From Alphaproteobacteria bacterium (GTDB taxonomy: Bacteria > Pseudomonadota > Alphaproteobacteria > Rs-D84): a DNA stretch of 45,438 nucleotides. A program made the position numbers and the translations under genes. The stretch lies in contig JAKSTB010000001.1 in assembly GCA_024402815.1 (NCBI GenBank), forward strand, positions 1 through 45,438. The letters are read 5' to 3'. This document shows, piece by piece, positions 16,088 to 25,913 of this stretch; position 1 is the first letter of the stretch; each line of letters begins with the position of its first letter. Below the pieces are notes generated by a model that did not search any database, was not told where the DNA came from, and worked only from the letters and a program-made list of their open reading frames with translations.

Positions 16088-17647
16088 TTATTTATTTCTT
16101 ATATAACCAATTTTCTTGCTTTTACCGTTCATATACCAATCGATAATTACTTTGGACAACAACAAACAAGTGAACAATGTTGTCATAACACCGATTGATA
16201 AAGTAACTGCAAAACCACGAATTGGACCTGCACCAAATTGGAACAAGATAAGAGCGCAAATCAAATTGGTTAATTCACCGTCCATCACTGTTTTCGTAGA
16301 ACGATTAAATCCATAATCAACTGCACGCAAAGTTGGTGCACCAGATTTAACTTCGTCCCTGATTCTTTCGAACGGCAAAATATTCGCATCAACCGCCATA
16401 CCCAAAGTTAACACGATACCTGCAATACCTGGCAATGTTAATGTTGCACCAAACAAAGCAGACACCCCGACAATCATCATCAAATTGACAATTAAAACAA
16501 CGTCTGCAATCAAACCAAACAAACCATACATCAATAACATGTATATCAAAATAAATACCACACCGACCACAGCCCCAACCTTACCTGTTGCAATTGTATC
16601 GGCCCCCAAACCCGCACCAACTGTTCTTTCTTCGATAACAATCAATGGCGCTGGCAAAGCACCAGAACGCAACAATACAGCCAAATCTTTTGCACCCTGC
16701 AAAGTGAAACCACCAGAAATTTGACCACGCCCACCTGGAATTGGTTCACGAATTGTTGGGGCGGACAAGACTTTGCCGTCCAACACAATAGCGAAACGTT
16801 CGTTCACGTGTTCTGTGGTTAATTTTGCAAAACGTCTGGCCCCCGAAGAATCAAATTCAGTTGTCACCACAGGCATATTATTTTGATCAAAAGATGCCTC
16901 TGAATTTTTCAAACTGTCGCCAGAAACTTCAACGCGGGAATACACAGGAACAATTTGTGATGGGTTATCCATATATGGCAAAAATTGAGTTCCAGAAGGT
17001 GCATGATTAGATGCTAATTGTTCATTTGTAATATTTTCATTTACCAAATGGAAAGTCATTTTTGCCGTTTGACCAATCAATTCTTTAATATGTTCAGGAT
17101 TATCTACACCTGGTAACTGAACCAAAATGTATTTACCACCCTGGGATTGAATAGATGGTTCTTTTGTTCCCAACGCATCAATACGACGACGAACAATTTC
17201 TATACTGCGTGACATCGCATCACTTATCATTTCATCGCGCGCCTTGGCAGTATAAGAGATAGTCAAAGTTTTACCATTGGATGTGATACCTACATTATTT
17301 CCTAAAACACTTCTTAAACGCCCCTTGGCTTTGGAAATCATGTTGTCTTCACGGATAGTGATATTGATTTCATTTCCCGTGTTACGCAAATCAGAGAAAC
17401 GAATAACACCTTTATCCCTGTCAATCATAGCGCTGCGGACTTCGTCATACAGCTGGGCATTTTTTTCCTTCATCATAACAGGTGTGTCAACCTCTAACAA
17501 CAGTTGAGCCCCACCCTTTAAATCCAATCCCAACGGAATAGGTTTTATCCACGACGGGAAATACTTCGCAGACGACGGGACCAAAGTTGGCACTGCCAAT
17601 AACATACCAAATAAAGCAATACAAATTATGGCTATTTTCTTTAACAT
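16088..17647 (-). CDS. secD: protein translocase subunit SecD
   Basis: 519 aa. Contains GLDLKGGAQLLLEVD, a periplasmic domain and a C-terminal RND-like TM bundle (LPGIAGIVLTLGMAVDANIL). Confidence 0.93.
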   Translation of the reverse strand: MLKKIAIICIALFGMLLAVPTLVPSSAKYFPSWIKPIPLGLDLKGGAQLLLEVDTPVMMKEKNAQLYDEVRSAMIDRDKGVIRFSDLRNTGNEINITIREDNMISKAKGRLRSVLGNNVGITSNGKTLTISYTAKARDEMISDAMSRSIEIVRRRIDALGTKEPSIQSQGGKYILVQLPGVDNPEHIKELIGQTAKMTFHLVNENITNEQLASNHAPSGTQFLPYMDNPSQIVPVYSRVEVSGDSLKNSEASFDQNNMPVVTTEFDSSGARRFAKLTTEHVNERFAIVLDGKVLSAPTIREPIPGGRGQISGGFTLQGAKDLAVLLRSGALPAPLIVIEERTVGAGLGADTIATGKVGAVVGVVFILIYMLLMYGLFGLIADVVLIVNLMMIVGVSALFGATLTLPGIAGIVLTLGMAVDANILPFERIRDEVKSGAPTLRAVDYGFNRSTKTVMDGELTNLICALILFQFGAGPIRGFAVTLSIGVMTTLFTCLLLSKVIIDWYMNGKSKKIGYIRNK

Positions 17648-17664
17648 TTACACCACCCCTGTAA

Positions 17665-17979
17665 TTATTCAACACATGCAACGGCGTTTTTATGTACTTC
17701 AATAACAACGCCTTTGGCAATTTCTACATCTAATGTTTTTTCGTTAATTTTCTTCACAGTTCCATAAATTCCAGCAGCCATAACACGATTGCCAACCTTT
17801 ATAGAATCAAGCATTTTTTGATATTCTGCCATCCGTTTTTTATTTGGACGTAAAATAAAGAAATACAAAATACCAATCAACAACACACAATAAATCAAAG
17901 TCATTGTTGTGCCATCTTGCTGAACAGGTATCACAGTATTTTGAACAACATCTTTTGCGACTTCAGCGGTCTGATTCAT
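17665..17979 (-). CDS. yajC: preprotein translocase subunit YajC
   Basis: The segment ILYFFILRPNKKRMAEYQKMLDSIKVGNRVMAAGIYGTVKKI is typical YajC. The start at 17979 (MNQTAEV) has GGAG upstream; the track start at 18063 would overlap mutL. Confidence 0.88.
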   Translation of the reverse strand: MNQTAEVAKDVVQNTVIPVQQDGTTMTLIYCVLLIGILYFFILRPNKKRMAEYQKMLDSIKVGNRVMAAGIYGTVKKINEKTLDVEIAKGVVIEVHKNAVACVE

Positions 17980-18049
17980 GAATATTCTCCTTTGTTTATA
18001 CACCAACCGTAGTAAAAAAAAGCAATTATGTAAAGCAAAAAACCAGTTT

Positions 18050-19786
18050 TTATATTCGTTCAAACATTGAATCTAATTCAGATATTGGAATGATTTTATA
18101 AACAGGTCGCCCATCGTTACATTCTCCCCCATGTTCTGTCCTTTCTATATCCCGCAACAACGCGTTCATCTGGTCAAAATTCAACTTTTGCCCCGCCCTG
18201 ACAGAATGATGACAGGCGTAATTTGCCAATTTAAGATGCAATTTTTCTTGCAACCGGGATGAATGGCCATAGGCACGAACTTCGTCTGCAATTTCATGCA
18301 AACAAATTGCCCAATTTAAATCCCAATCGGCAGGTTTTTCAAATATCGCAACTGCATCATCACCAAAAGAATCAATTTGCAACCCACATTGTTTTAATTC
18401 ATCAGCTATGGTCAATACAGATGCCACATCCTCACTTTTTAAATTTACAACTATCGGTGTTAACAGGGGTTGTGTTTTAATACTGTGGGTTCTTAATTTT
18501 TCATATGTAATACGTTCATGCGCGGCGTGTTGGTCAATTATGACAAAACCATCTTTGTTTTCAGCCAATATATATTTATTACTTAATTGCCCAATAACCC
18601 GTCCCAAAGGCAAATCAAAATCAGATTCCGTATTTACAATATTTGATTCCACGGGTTTTATATCAACATTTTGCAAATGCGAACTGTTTGGTTGGGCCAC
18701 AAAACTAAATGCTGGTTTATCATTTTGAACACTATGCGTGTTAAAATAAGTTTGAACATTTTGAACGTGCGGAACATTAAAATTCATTTCGCCATCATTT
18801 ACAACAACACTTTGATTTAATGTCGTGGACAACACATCACGCAATGTTTTGATAATGAAAGCGCGCACGTGTTGTGGTTCCAAGAAATGCACCTCTGTCT
18901 TGGCGGGCGAAACATTTACATCAACATGTTTTGACGGTAAATCCAGATACAACGCACACAGCGGAAATTCACGTGCATGCATAACATCCATATATGCTGC
19001 GCGTAATGCAGAAACCAAAACTTTGTCTTTAACCGGACGACCATTTACAAATAAATATTGATCCACAGATGATGCGCGTCGCAAAGTTGGATTTGATATA
19101 TATCCATGCAGATGCATCTGGGCAGAAGATGAATTTTCATCAACCTTTAACATTTGGCCACGAACATCTTCACCCATAACGGCAATGATGCGTTCAATTA
19201 AATTCTGATTTTTTGGAAACCGCCATTTGTTATTTAAAACAAAACCAACATCACAGCGCCCCATTGCCAATCTTTTAACAGTTTCCAGTACAGACAACAT
19301 TTCCGCTTTGTCACTGCGTAAAAATTTCAATCTGGCGGGGGTATTTGCAAATAAATTTTCAACTCTGATTCGTGTCCCTGTTTCCCAATCTGACGGGCGA
19401 ATTTCACCTGACCTGGCATCCAGATGCCACCCATTTGAATCCGCACCATTACATGTATCAATACCCATATCAGAAACAGATGCAATTGATGGTAATGCTT
19501 CACCACGGAAACCCATATAATTTATATTCAATAAATCATCACTTGGTAATTTAGATGTGGCATGTCGCAATATACAATTTGCCAAATCATCTTTGCCCAT
19601 TCCTCCACCATTATCGATAACAGAAATCATAGTGCGACCACCGTCAATAACATCTATGACGATTTCATCTGCACCTGCATCCAACGCATTTTCAACCAAT
19701 TCTTTAACAACACTGGCAGGGTTTTCAACAACTTCCCCAGCAGCAATTTGATTTATTAAAAAATCGGGTAAAACACGTATAGGCAT
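18050..19786 (-). CDS. mutL: DNA mismatch repair protein MutL
   Basis: Has the GHKL ATPase N-terminus MPIRVLPDFLINQIAAGEVVENPASVVKELVENALDAGA, the GFRGEALPSIASVS motif and a C-terminal dimerisation domain. Confidence 0.93.
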   Translation of the reverse strand: MPIRVLPDFLINQIAAGEVVENPASVVKELVENALDAGADEIVIDVIDGGRTMISVIDNGGGMGKDDLANCILRHATSKLPSDDLLNINYMGFRGEALPSIASVSDMGIDTCNGADSNGWHLDARSGEIRPSDWETGTRIRVENLFANTPARLKFLRSDKAEMLSVLETVKRLAMGRCDVGFVLNNKWRFPKNQNLIERIIAVMGEDVRGQMLKVDENSSSAQMHLHGYISNPTLRRASSVDQYLFVNGRPVKDKVLVSALRAAYMDVMHAREFPLCALYLDLPSKHVDVNVSPAKTEVHFLEPQHVRAFIIKTLRDVLSTTLNQSVVVNDGEMNFNVPHVQNVQTYFNTHSVQNDKPAFSFVAQPNSSHLQNVDIKPVESNIVNTESDFDLPLGRVIGQLSNKYILAENKDGFVIIDQHAAHERITYEKLRTHSIKTQPLLTPIVVNLKSEDVASVLTIADELKQCGLQIDSFGDDAVAIFEKPADWDLNWAICLHEIADEVRAYGHSSRLQEKLHLKLANYACHHSVRAGQKLNFDQMNALLRDIERTEHGGECNDGRPVYKIIPISELDSMFERI

Positions 19787-19787
19787 A

Positions 19788-20258
19788 TTATTCCTTGAAT
19801 TTTACATCCAGAATTTCAAGTTCCTTTTCACCACTTGGCAATTTAACCGTACAAGTATCGCCAACACAATGACCTATTAACGCACGCCCAACCGGAGAAG
19901 TACAAGATATAATCATTTTCCCATCAGATTCTACATCTGATAAAATACGGCATTCCATTTTATTACCGTCATCATCTTCGGTTATAACTTTGGCCCCAAA
20001 AACAACCTTGTCCCCGGACAAACTGTCAATATCTATAATCTGGGCGCTTTCAACAATGCTTTCCAACATTTGAATACGTTTGTCGATTTGTCTTTGTTTT
20101 TCTTTGGCCGCACTGTAATCAGCATTTTCAGACAAATCGCCCAAAGAACGTGCCCATTGGACAACTTTTAATATTTCTGGTCTTTGGTTTTCCTTTAAAT
20201 CTTTCAATTCTTTCAACAGATTATCAAATCCTTGACGTGATATTGGTTTCTTTTCCAT
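19788..20258 (-). CDS. greA: transcription elongation factor GreA
   Basis: Coiled-coil N-terminus (GFDNLLKELKDLK...RPEILKVVQWARSLGDLSENADYSAAKEKQ) and C-terminal domain (SPVGRALIGHCVGD). The ATG at 20258 has AAGGA 7 nt upstream. Confidence 0.93.
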   Translation of the reverse strand: MEKKPISRQGFDNLLKELKDLKENQRPEILKVVQWARSLGDLSENADYSAAKEKQRQIDKRIQMLESIVESAQIIDIDSLSGDKVVFGAKVITEDDDGNKMECRILSDVESDGKMIISCTSPVGRALIGHCVGDTCTVKLPSGEKELEILDVKFKE

Positions 20259-20343
20259 AAACAATCCTTAATTTTTATACTAACAATATAACATAAATTT
20301 TAATTTTGCAATTATGATTTCAAACTATTATACTATATATATT

Positions 20344-21411
20344 ATGTACAGATTAAAACCGTCTGTTTTGACAAGATTTTTACTTTATCGTTTCTTTGCC
20401 AGCTTTTTTCTGGTAATGTTAACGGTATGCGGGGTTATATTTGCGGTTACTTTTGTGGAACGCCTGTCGTCGAACCCGGATACCCTGTCAACATTGTTTG
20501 ATGCATGGGTCAGATTATTGGAATATGTTCCCCTGTTTTTGCCTTTGGCTGTGTTTATGGGAACTTTGGTCGCTTTCTATAATTTAACAAAATCATCAGA
20601 ATTGATAATTATAGCGGGTGGTGGGTTATCACCTTATCAAATTGCAAGACCTTTTTTATTTGGCGCATGCATTGTTGGAATATTCACCGCATTGGTTGTT
20701 AACCCTTATTCTGTAAATTTAACAACCCGCAATTTAACGGGCCATCAGTTAAAATTGATAGATGAAGCCATTTGGATACGTGAAACATCTGACAATGGGT
20801 ATTTAACAATTCGTGCAAGCGGATTACATGTTCAAAAAAATAAAAACATAGATTTTAAACACGCAACCATATTTGTCCAAGATACAAATTTCAAATTAAC
20901 GGAACGCATCTCGGCAAATATTGCAACATTATCAGATTCAGGTATAGATACCACGGATGCAACAACTGTAAATTCTGACGGTGTGACAACCAAAGAGGCA
21001 AAACATCTGGAAACAAAATTGACACCTCAAACTGTGTTGGATAGATATTTACAACCCGATCAAATATCTTTCTGGAAATTACCTAAATTTATACACAAAA
21101 TGAACGCGATTGGGGTTGTAACGCGTGAACATCTTGTTCAATTTTGGACACTATTATTTTTACCTTTAACTTTGATGGCACTGGTTATGTTGGGAATTGC
21201 CTTTTCCCAAACAAAACAGCGCAGAAATTACAGTTTCGGTTTAAAATTCAGTTTGGGAATATTGACTTGTTTTGCCCTGTATTTTACGGTTAATTTATTT
21301 AACGCATTGGGAAAAACTGGGGCATTGCCACCAATATTGGCTATTGTTGCACCACAAATTATTATTATTACTGGGGCATGTATGTTCATAACCAGTTATG
21401 ATACAATATAA
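20344..21411 (+). CDS. LPS export ABC transporter permease, LptF/LptG (YjgP/YjgQ) family
   Basis: N-terminus L.R.LLYRFF..F, three TM segments, a periplasmic beta-jellyroll-like insert, then three TM segments. The start is uncertain (ATG at 20314 or 20344). Confidence 0.8.
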   Translation: MYRLKPSVLTRFLLYRFFASFFLVMLTVCGVIFAVTFVERLSSNPDTLSTLFDAWVRLLEYVPLFLPLAVFMGTLVAFYNLTKSSELIIIAGGGLSPYQIARPFLFGACIVGIFTALVVNPYSVNLTTRNLTGHQLKLIDEAIWIRETSDNGYLTIRASGLHVQKNKNIDFKHATIFVQDTNFKLTERISANIATLSDSGIDTTDATTVNSDGVTTKEAKHLETKLTPQTVLDRYLQPDQISFWKLPKFIHKMNAIGVVTREHLVQFWTLLFLPLTLMALVMLGIAFSQTKQRRNYSFGLKFSLGILTCFALYFTVNLFNALGKTGALPPILAIVAPQIIIITGACMFITSYDTI

Positions 21412-21427
21412 AATAAAGGAACAAAAT

Positions 21428-21559
21428 ATGCCTTTATATAAAAAGCAGAAAAATCGTAAAAAATATATAATCTGGGCAATTATACTATTGCGGGTATTTT
21501 TGATGATATTTTCTTTTTCACCAAACCCAGAAATGATGGAAATTGTTTTATACCCATGA
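21428..21559 (+). CDS. small hypothetical membrane protein (43 aa)
   Basis: Below the ORF-track size cut-off. My translation is MPLYKKQKNRKKYIIWAIILLRVFLMIFSFSPNPEMMEIVLYP. AAGGAA lies 7 nt upstream. It has a basic N-terminus and one hydrophobic helix. Its TGA stop overlaps the xerD ATG (ATGA at 21556-21559). Confidence 0.35.
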   Translation: MPLYKKQKNRKKYIIWAIILLRVFLMIFSFSPNPEMMEIVLYP

Positions 21560-22419
21560 ATTACATAGGCGTTTTTTTAGAGGCCCTGTCCGCAGAGAAA
21601 GGACGCAGTCAAAAGACATTAGCTGCGTATGAATCTGATTTAAATGCGGTGCAAAATTCGATTGGCGATCTATTAAATGCATCACCAGAACAAATACAAA
21701 ATTATTTATCAAATTTAAAAGAAAAACCTGCTTCTATTTCCCGCAAGGCCAGTTGTCTGCGTTCATTTTATAAATTTTTAATGTTGGAAAAAATAATAAA
21801 AACAAATCCAACTGCAAATTTGGAATTACCAAAAAGAATGCGCACTTTGCCAAAATATTTATCACCCCACGAAATAGAATTATTAATATCTTCATCTGGC
21901 GATATAAAAACATCTGTGCGTTTGCGTTGCATGCTGGAATTGCTGTATGCGTCGGGTTTACGCGTATCCGAATTGTGTGAATTACCAATGTCTGCGAATC
22001 TGGGCGATAAATTATTGATTCATGGCAAAGGTGCCAAAGAAAGATTAGTTCCCATGCACGAAGGTGCCCAACATGCTTTACATAAATGGTTAGAGGCACG
22101 TGGCGATATAGATTCAAAATATGTATTCCCTTCAAATTCTAATACTGGGCATATAACACGCGACGGATTTTTCAAAATCTTAAAGAAATGTGCTGTATTG
22201 GCTGGCATAGAACCAGAACGTGTATCGCCCCACGTTTTGCGTCATTCTTTTGCATCACATCTGTTGGCAAACGGTGCAAATTTGCGAATCATTCAAACTA
22301 TGTTGGGCCACGAAGATATTTCAACAACACAAATTTACACTCATGTATTGCCTGAAAAATTACGCGATACAGTTGAATCTGCACACCCATTGGCAAATAA
22401 TAAAATCAAGGACATATAA
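21556..22419 (+). CDS. xerD: site-specific tyrosine recombinase XerD (XerC/D family)
   Basis: Contains LLYASGLRVSELCEL and HVLRHSFASHLLANGANLRIIQTMLGHEDISTTQIYTHV (R..HxxR..Y catalytic set). The N-terminus carries the SAM-like core-binding domain (EKGRSQKTLAAYESDL). Confidence 0.85.
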   Translation: MNYIGVFLEALSAEKGRSQKTLAAYESDLNAVQNSIGDLLNASPEQIQNYLSNLKEKPASISRKASCLRSFYKFLMLEKIIKTNPTANLELPKRMRTLPKYLSPHEIELLISSSGDIKTSVRLRCMLELLYASGLRVSELCELPMSANLGDKLLIHGKGAKERLVPMHEGAQHALHKWLEARGDIDSKYVFPSNSNTGHITRDGFFKILKKCAVLAGIEPERVSPHVLRHSFASHLLANGANLRIIQTMLGHEDISTTQIYTHVLPEKLRDTVESAHPLANNKIKDI

Positions 22420-22421
22420 AG

Positions 22422-22922
22422 ATGATAAAAAAATGCGATCATATTGGTTGTACCAAAGCGGGCATTTGCCGTGCCCCTAAAACACGTGATTTAAAAGAAT
22501 ATTGGTGGTTCTGTAAAGAGCATGCTGCCGAATACAATAAAAATTGGAATTATTATGCCAATATGACACCCGATGAAATAGACGCAGAATGGGAACGCGA
22601 AACATTTGGAATTGCCGACAAAGATAAAGAGAAAGCAAATAAAAACGAAGCCGATTATGTAAAATTCTTGAACGATTTTATAAATGGACGTTCTGCATTT
22701 GATAAAATGCCTACCAAGAAAACAGTTGCTTCGGCCATATCATCTGCATTCCAAGTTTTTGATTTGCCAATCACTGCCTCATGGAAGGAAGTTGGCGCAA
22801 AATATCGCACTTTGGCGAAAAAATATCACCCAGATACAGCCAAAAACAAAAGCGCATCTACCACAGAATTTACCAGTATAACAACAGCTTACGAAACTTT
22901 GAAAAAATATTTCAAAAAATAA
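22422..22922 (+). CDS. J-domain protein with N-terminal Cys/His-rich module
   Basis: C-terminal J domain including the HPD motif (SWKEVGAKYRTLAKKYHPDTAKN...AYETLKKY). The N-terminus reads CDHIGCTKAGICRAP...YWWFCKEHAAEYNKNWNYY. Confidence 0.8.
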   Translation: MIKKCDHIGCTKAGICRAPKTRDLKEYWWFCKEHAAEYNKNWNYYANMTPDEIDAEWERETFGIADKDKEKANKNEADYVKFLNDFINGRSAFDKMPTKKTVASAISSAFQVFDLPITASWKEVGAKYRTLAKKYHPDTAKNKSASTTEFTSITTAYETLKKYFKK

Positions 22923-22941
22923 AGCAAACGCCATTTTGTAT

Positions 22942-22969
22942 TTGCAAGACCCTGTTTTTATGCTATGAT
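22942..22969 (+). promoter_or_regulatory. sigma70-like promoter candidate upstream of trxB
   Basis: TTGCAA (22942-22947), a 16-nt spacer, then an extended -10 TGcTATGAT (22961-22969). Confidence 0.4.
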
Positions 22970-22995
22970 TCCGCGGAAGTAATATAGGAAAGAAT

Positions 22996-23892
22996 ATGTT
23001 TGATGTTATTATTTTAGGTTCAGGACCTGCTGGATTGACGGCTGCTATTTATTGCAGTCGTGCTAAGAAAAGTACATTGGTTTTAACCGGTGAAACATTG
23101 GGTGGCCAAACAGGCGAAATCGCTGTGGTTGAAAATTATCCAGGATGGAATGGTTCTGGAATGGGATTGATTCAATTCATGAAAAAACAGGCAGAAAGTT
23201 TTGGTGCAAAATTTGAATTCACATCTGCCACAGACATTAAATTTAATGATGACGAAACCTACACTGTTGTTTGTGATAACGGTAAAACATTTGATACAAA
23301 AACCGTTATTTTGGCAACCGGTGCACGCGCAAGAAGACTCGAAATCGAAGGCGCCAAAGAATTCTTTGGAAAAGGTGTTTCATATTGTGCAACATGTGAT
23401 GGATTTTTCTACTCAGGCCGTGATGTATTGGTAATCGGTGGTGGAAGCGCGGCATTAAATGACGCATTGTATTTATCAGATTTAGCAAAATCTGTAAAAA
23501 TTGTTTATCGTAAATCCGAATTCACACGCGCAGAAGCCGTCCTTCGCGAAAGGGTCGCAGAACGTAAAAACATTGAATGCATATATAATACAGAATTAAA
23601 ATCTATTGCAAAAAACCCAGATTCTGACAGATTAATTGCAACAACTACAACTGGTGATGTAATGGACTGTGATGGTATATTTGTCGCCATTGGACACGAA
23701 GCAAACACAGATTATTTAACCGAATCTGTTAAACGCGACGCCATGGGCAGATTGGCATCAAACGATTTACCAAACGGGATGTTCGTTGCAGGTGATGTAA
23801 AAAGCGATATACAAATGCAGATTGCAACTGCTGTGGGAACAGGATGCAGCGCAGGTATGAACGCAATTAAATATTTGAATTCGAAAGAATAA
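22996..23892 (+). CDS. trxB: thioredoxin-disulfide reductase
   Basis: FAD motif IILGSGPAGLTAAIY, redox-active CATC (VSYCATCDGFF), NAD(P)H motif VIGGGSAALNDALYL, and C-terminal FVAGDV. Confidence 0.93.
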   Translation: MFDVIILGSGPAGLTAAIYCSRAKKSTLVLTGETLGGQTGEIAVVENYPGWNGSGMGLIQFMKKQAESFGAKFEFTSATDIKFNDDETYTVVCDNGKTFDTKTVILATGARARRLEIEGAKEFFGKGVSYCATCDGFFYSGRDVLVIGGGSAALNDALYLSDLAKSVKIVYRKSEFTRAEAVLRERVAERKNIECIYNTELKSIAKNPDSDRLIATTTTGDVMDCDGIFVAIGHEANTDYLTESVKRDAMGRLASNDLPNGMFVAGDVKSDIQMQIATAVGTGCSAGMNAIKYLNSKE

Positions 23893-23907
23893 TTAAAGGA
23901 CAAACAG

Positions 23908-25188
23908 ATGTTGGATTTAAAATTTATTCGTGAAAACCCAGAAATTGTAAAGAACGCATGTCGTGTAAAAAACTTTCCAGATGTTGTTGATGACATATTA
24001 AATCTGGACGTGCGTGTTCGTGAATTGAAAACAATTACACAAACAAAAACTGCTGAAAAGAATAAAATATCAAAGGAAATTCCGACAAGCACGGACAAAG
24101 CACCTTTGATTGCTAAATCCAAAGAAATCAGTGAAGAAATCGCAAATGATATGGCTGAATTGGCCGAAAAAGAAGCGGTATTACTTGATTTATTACATCG
24201 CGTTCCTCAAATTCCAGATGCATCTGCGCCGATTGGGGCAGATGATTCTGCAAACGTTGAAATCCGCCGTATTGGTGAACCACGCAAATTTGATTTTACG
24301 CCACGTCCCCAATGGGATTTGTTGGAAATGAATGGTTGGTGGATACCTGAAAAAATCGCAGGTATTTGTGGAACACGTGTTTATGCTTTGTGTGGTGAAT
24401 TGGCTGAATTGGCTTTGGCTGTACAAACTTTTGTTGTACAAAAATTAATATCCAAAGGATTCACATACATTGAATGTCCATCTATTACAAAACCCCAAAC
24501 TATATTTAATGCAGGTCATTTTATGGGTTCTGATTTATCAGTTATGGATAATGATGTATTTATGTTAACTGGCACAGACAGATGCTTAACAGGTACCGCA
24601 GAAATCATTTTGAATTCTTTGCATGCAGATGAAATTTTAAATGAAAATGATTTACCAATTAAATATGCTGGCTATTCCCCATGTTTCAGAAAAGAAGCGG
24701 GTGCTGCGGGTCGTGATACCCGTGGTATAGTTCGTGTCCATCAATTTAACAAGGTTGAACAATATGTATTTTGCAAACCAGAACAAAGCGATGAAATGCA
24801 TGAACATTTGTTAAATAATTTATGTGAAGTCATGGAAGATTTGGAATTACCATATCGTGTAATTGCAAACTCTACTGGTGATATGGGATTCAATAAAGTC
24901 AAAATGAACGATGTAGAAGCATGGTTCCCATCTGAAAACACATATCGTGAATTGGGTTCTTGTTCTTCAATTGGTCAATTCCAGGCACGCAGAACAAATA
25001 CCCGTTATCGTGAAAATGCCACAGGCGAAGTTAAATTTGTTGCGACATTAAATAATACAGGTATCGCCCTGCCACGTGCATTGGTTCCAATTATTGAAAA
25101 TCATCAAAATCCAGATGGCTCTGTAAATATACCAAAGGCACTGCAACCATACATGGGTGGCAGAACAAAAATTGGTGGCAAACACTAA
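23908..25188 (+). CDS. serS: serine--tRNA ligase
   Basis: Starts MLDLKFIRENPEIV, has an N-terminal coiled coil, and class II motifs (YAGYSPCFRKEAGAAGRDTRGIVRVHQFNKVE; TLNNTGIALPRALVPIIENHQ). Confidence 0.95.
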   Translation: MLDLKFIRENPEIVKNACRVKNFPDVVDDILNLDVRVRELKTITQTKTAEKNKISKEIPTSTDKAPLIAKSKEISEEIANDMAELAEKEAVLLDLLHRVPQIPDASAPIGADDSANVEIRRIGEPRKFDFTPRPQWDLLEMNGWWIPEKIAGICGTRVYALCGELAELALAVQTFVVQKLISKGFTYIECPSITKPQTIFNAGHFMGSDLSVMDNDVFMLTGTDRCLTGTAEIILNSLHADEILNENDLPIKYAGYSPCFRKEAGAAGRDTRGIVRVHQFNKVEQYVFCKPEQSDEMHEHLLNNLCEVMEDLELPYRVIANSTGDMGFNKVKMNDVEAWFPSENTYRELGSCSSIGQFQARRTNTRYRENATGEVKFVATLNNTGIALPRALVPIIENHQNPDGSVNIPKALQPYMGGRTKIGGKH

Positions 25189-25190
25189 TA

Positions 25191-25219
25191 AAAAAATCAC
25201 CCGTTTGGGTGATTTTTTT
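25191..25219. terminator. bidirectional Rho-independent terminator between serS and the orphan ORF
   Basis: The sequence aaaaaaTCACCC-gttt-GGGTGAttttttt forms a 6-bp GC-containing stem flanked by an A-run and a T-run. It lies between convergent genes. Confidence 0.7.
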
Positions 25220-25772
25220 ATCTTGATTCTTTTTTATATAAATCTGCTGCAAATACAGATGTTGGTGCAAAATCTTTAATAGCTGCTATAAAGCTATTTG
25301 CATTCCACAACTGGACCGTTTTATTCAGTTTTGCAATTTCTTCTGCTTCTAAATCACACACTGCAGATTTATTATAGTAAGCCCAAACACCATTAGAATC
25401 ATTAATCCCATAATTTACATGATGCGCTATCGCTTCACTTAATCTAACAATCAAATGTCCATTTGAACGGTCAAAAGGATGATGTAATATTGGACTTAAT
25501 TGATTATACAAAGATTCACCACTTTCTGTACAAGCATATATAACATCTTTACCAGAATATAAATATTTCTTTGGTTCTGCTGCTATTTTCAAAAAGAAAT
25601 CATACGCATGTTTTGACTTTGTATAGTTTTCAATGGTTTCTTTGCGTTCAATTTCAGATTTGAATTTATTTTGTTTAATCTTTTTATATTCTTTATTCAA
25701 AACGGTCGCACACCATTTTGCATAGCCATCTAATAATTTTTTTATTGTTTCATCTATATTTTTTGGTGCCAT
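25218..25772 (-). CDS. hypothetical protein (orphan, no recognisable family)
   Basis: 184-aa ORF with an ATG start and no signal peptide or TM segment. It is a single-gene unit between a bidirectional terminator and the typA promoter region. Confidence 0.6.
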   Translation of the reverse strand: MAPKNIDETIKKLLDGYAKWCATVLNKEYKKIKQNKFKSEIERKETIENYTKSKHAYDFFLKIAAEPKKYLYSGKDVIYACTESGESLYNQLSPILHHPFDRSNGHLIVRLSEAIAHHVNYGINDSNGVWAYYNKSAVCDLEAEEIAKLNKTVQLWNANSFIAAIKDFAPTSVFAADLYKKESR

Positions 25773-25820
25773 TTCTGCCTCTCTTTTTTTGTTACCATTT
25801 ATATATTATAGACAAAACAA

Positions 25821-25848
25821 TTGAAATGTCAATTTTTTTAATTATAAT
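25821..25848 (+). promoter_or_regulatory. sigma70-like promoter candidate upstream of typA
   Basis: TTGAAA (25821-25826), a 16-nt spacer, then TATAAT (25843-25848). A second TTGAAA/TATAAT pair (25852-25877) has only a 14-nt spacer. Confidence 0.35.
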
Positions 25849-25913
25849 TTGTTGAAATTTAAAAAATATAGTATAATCTATTGTTTCATGTAAAAAATCA
25901 AAGAAGATATAAA

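Noticed and set aside
17545-17553. DnaA-box-like 9-mer TTATCCACG (8/9 match to TTATCCACA)
   Set aside because: It is a single occurrence inside the secD coding sequence. There is no cluster, AT-rich unwinding element or dnaA/dnaN context, so it is probably a chance match.
20320-20360. AT-rich stretch tattatactatatatattatgtacag, which resembles a dif XerD arm (TTATGT...), near xerD
   Set aside because: The left arm does not form the required inverted ACATAA-N6-TTATGT structure, and the stretch lies in the 5' end of the lptF/G gene.
21556-22419. Tyrosine recombinase as a possible marker of a mobile element or prophage
   Set aside because: Its sequence and housekeeping context fit chromosomal XerD. 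No att-like repeats, tRNA gene or phage/IS genes flank it.
23712-24122. 136-codon minus-strand ORF spanning the trxB/serS junction
   Set aside because: It is antisense to two well-supported genes and has no motifs.
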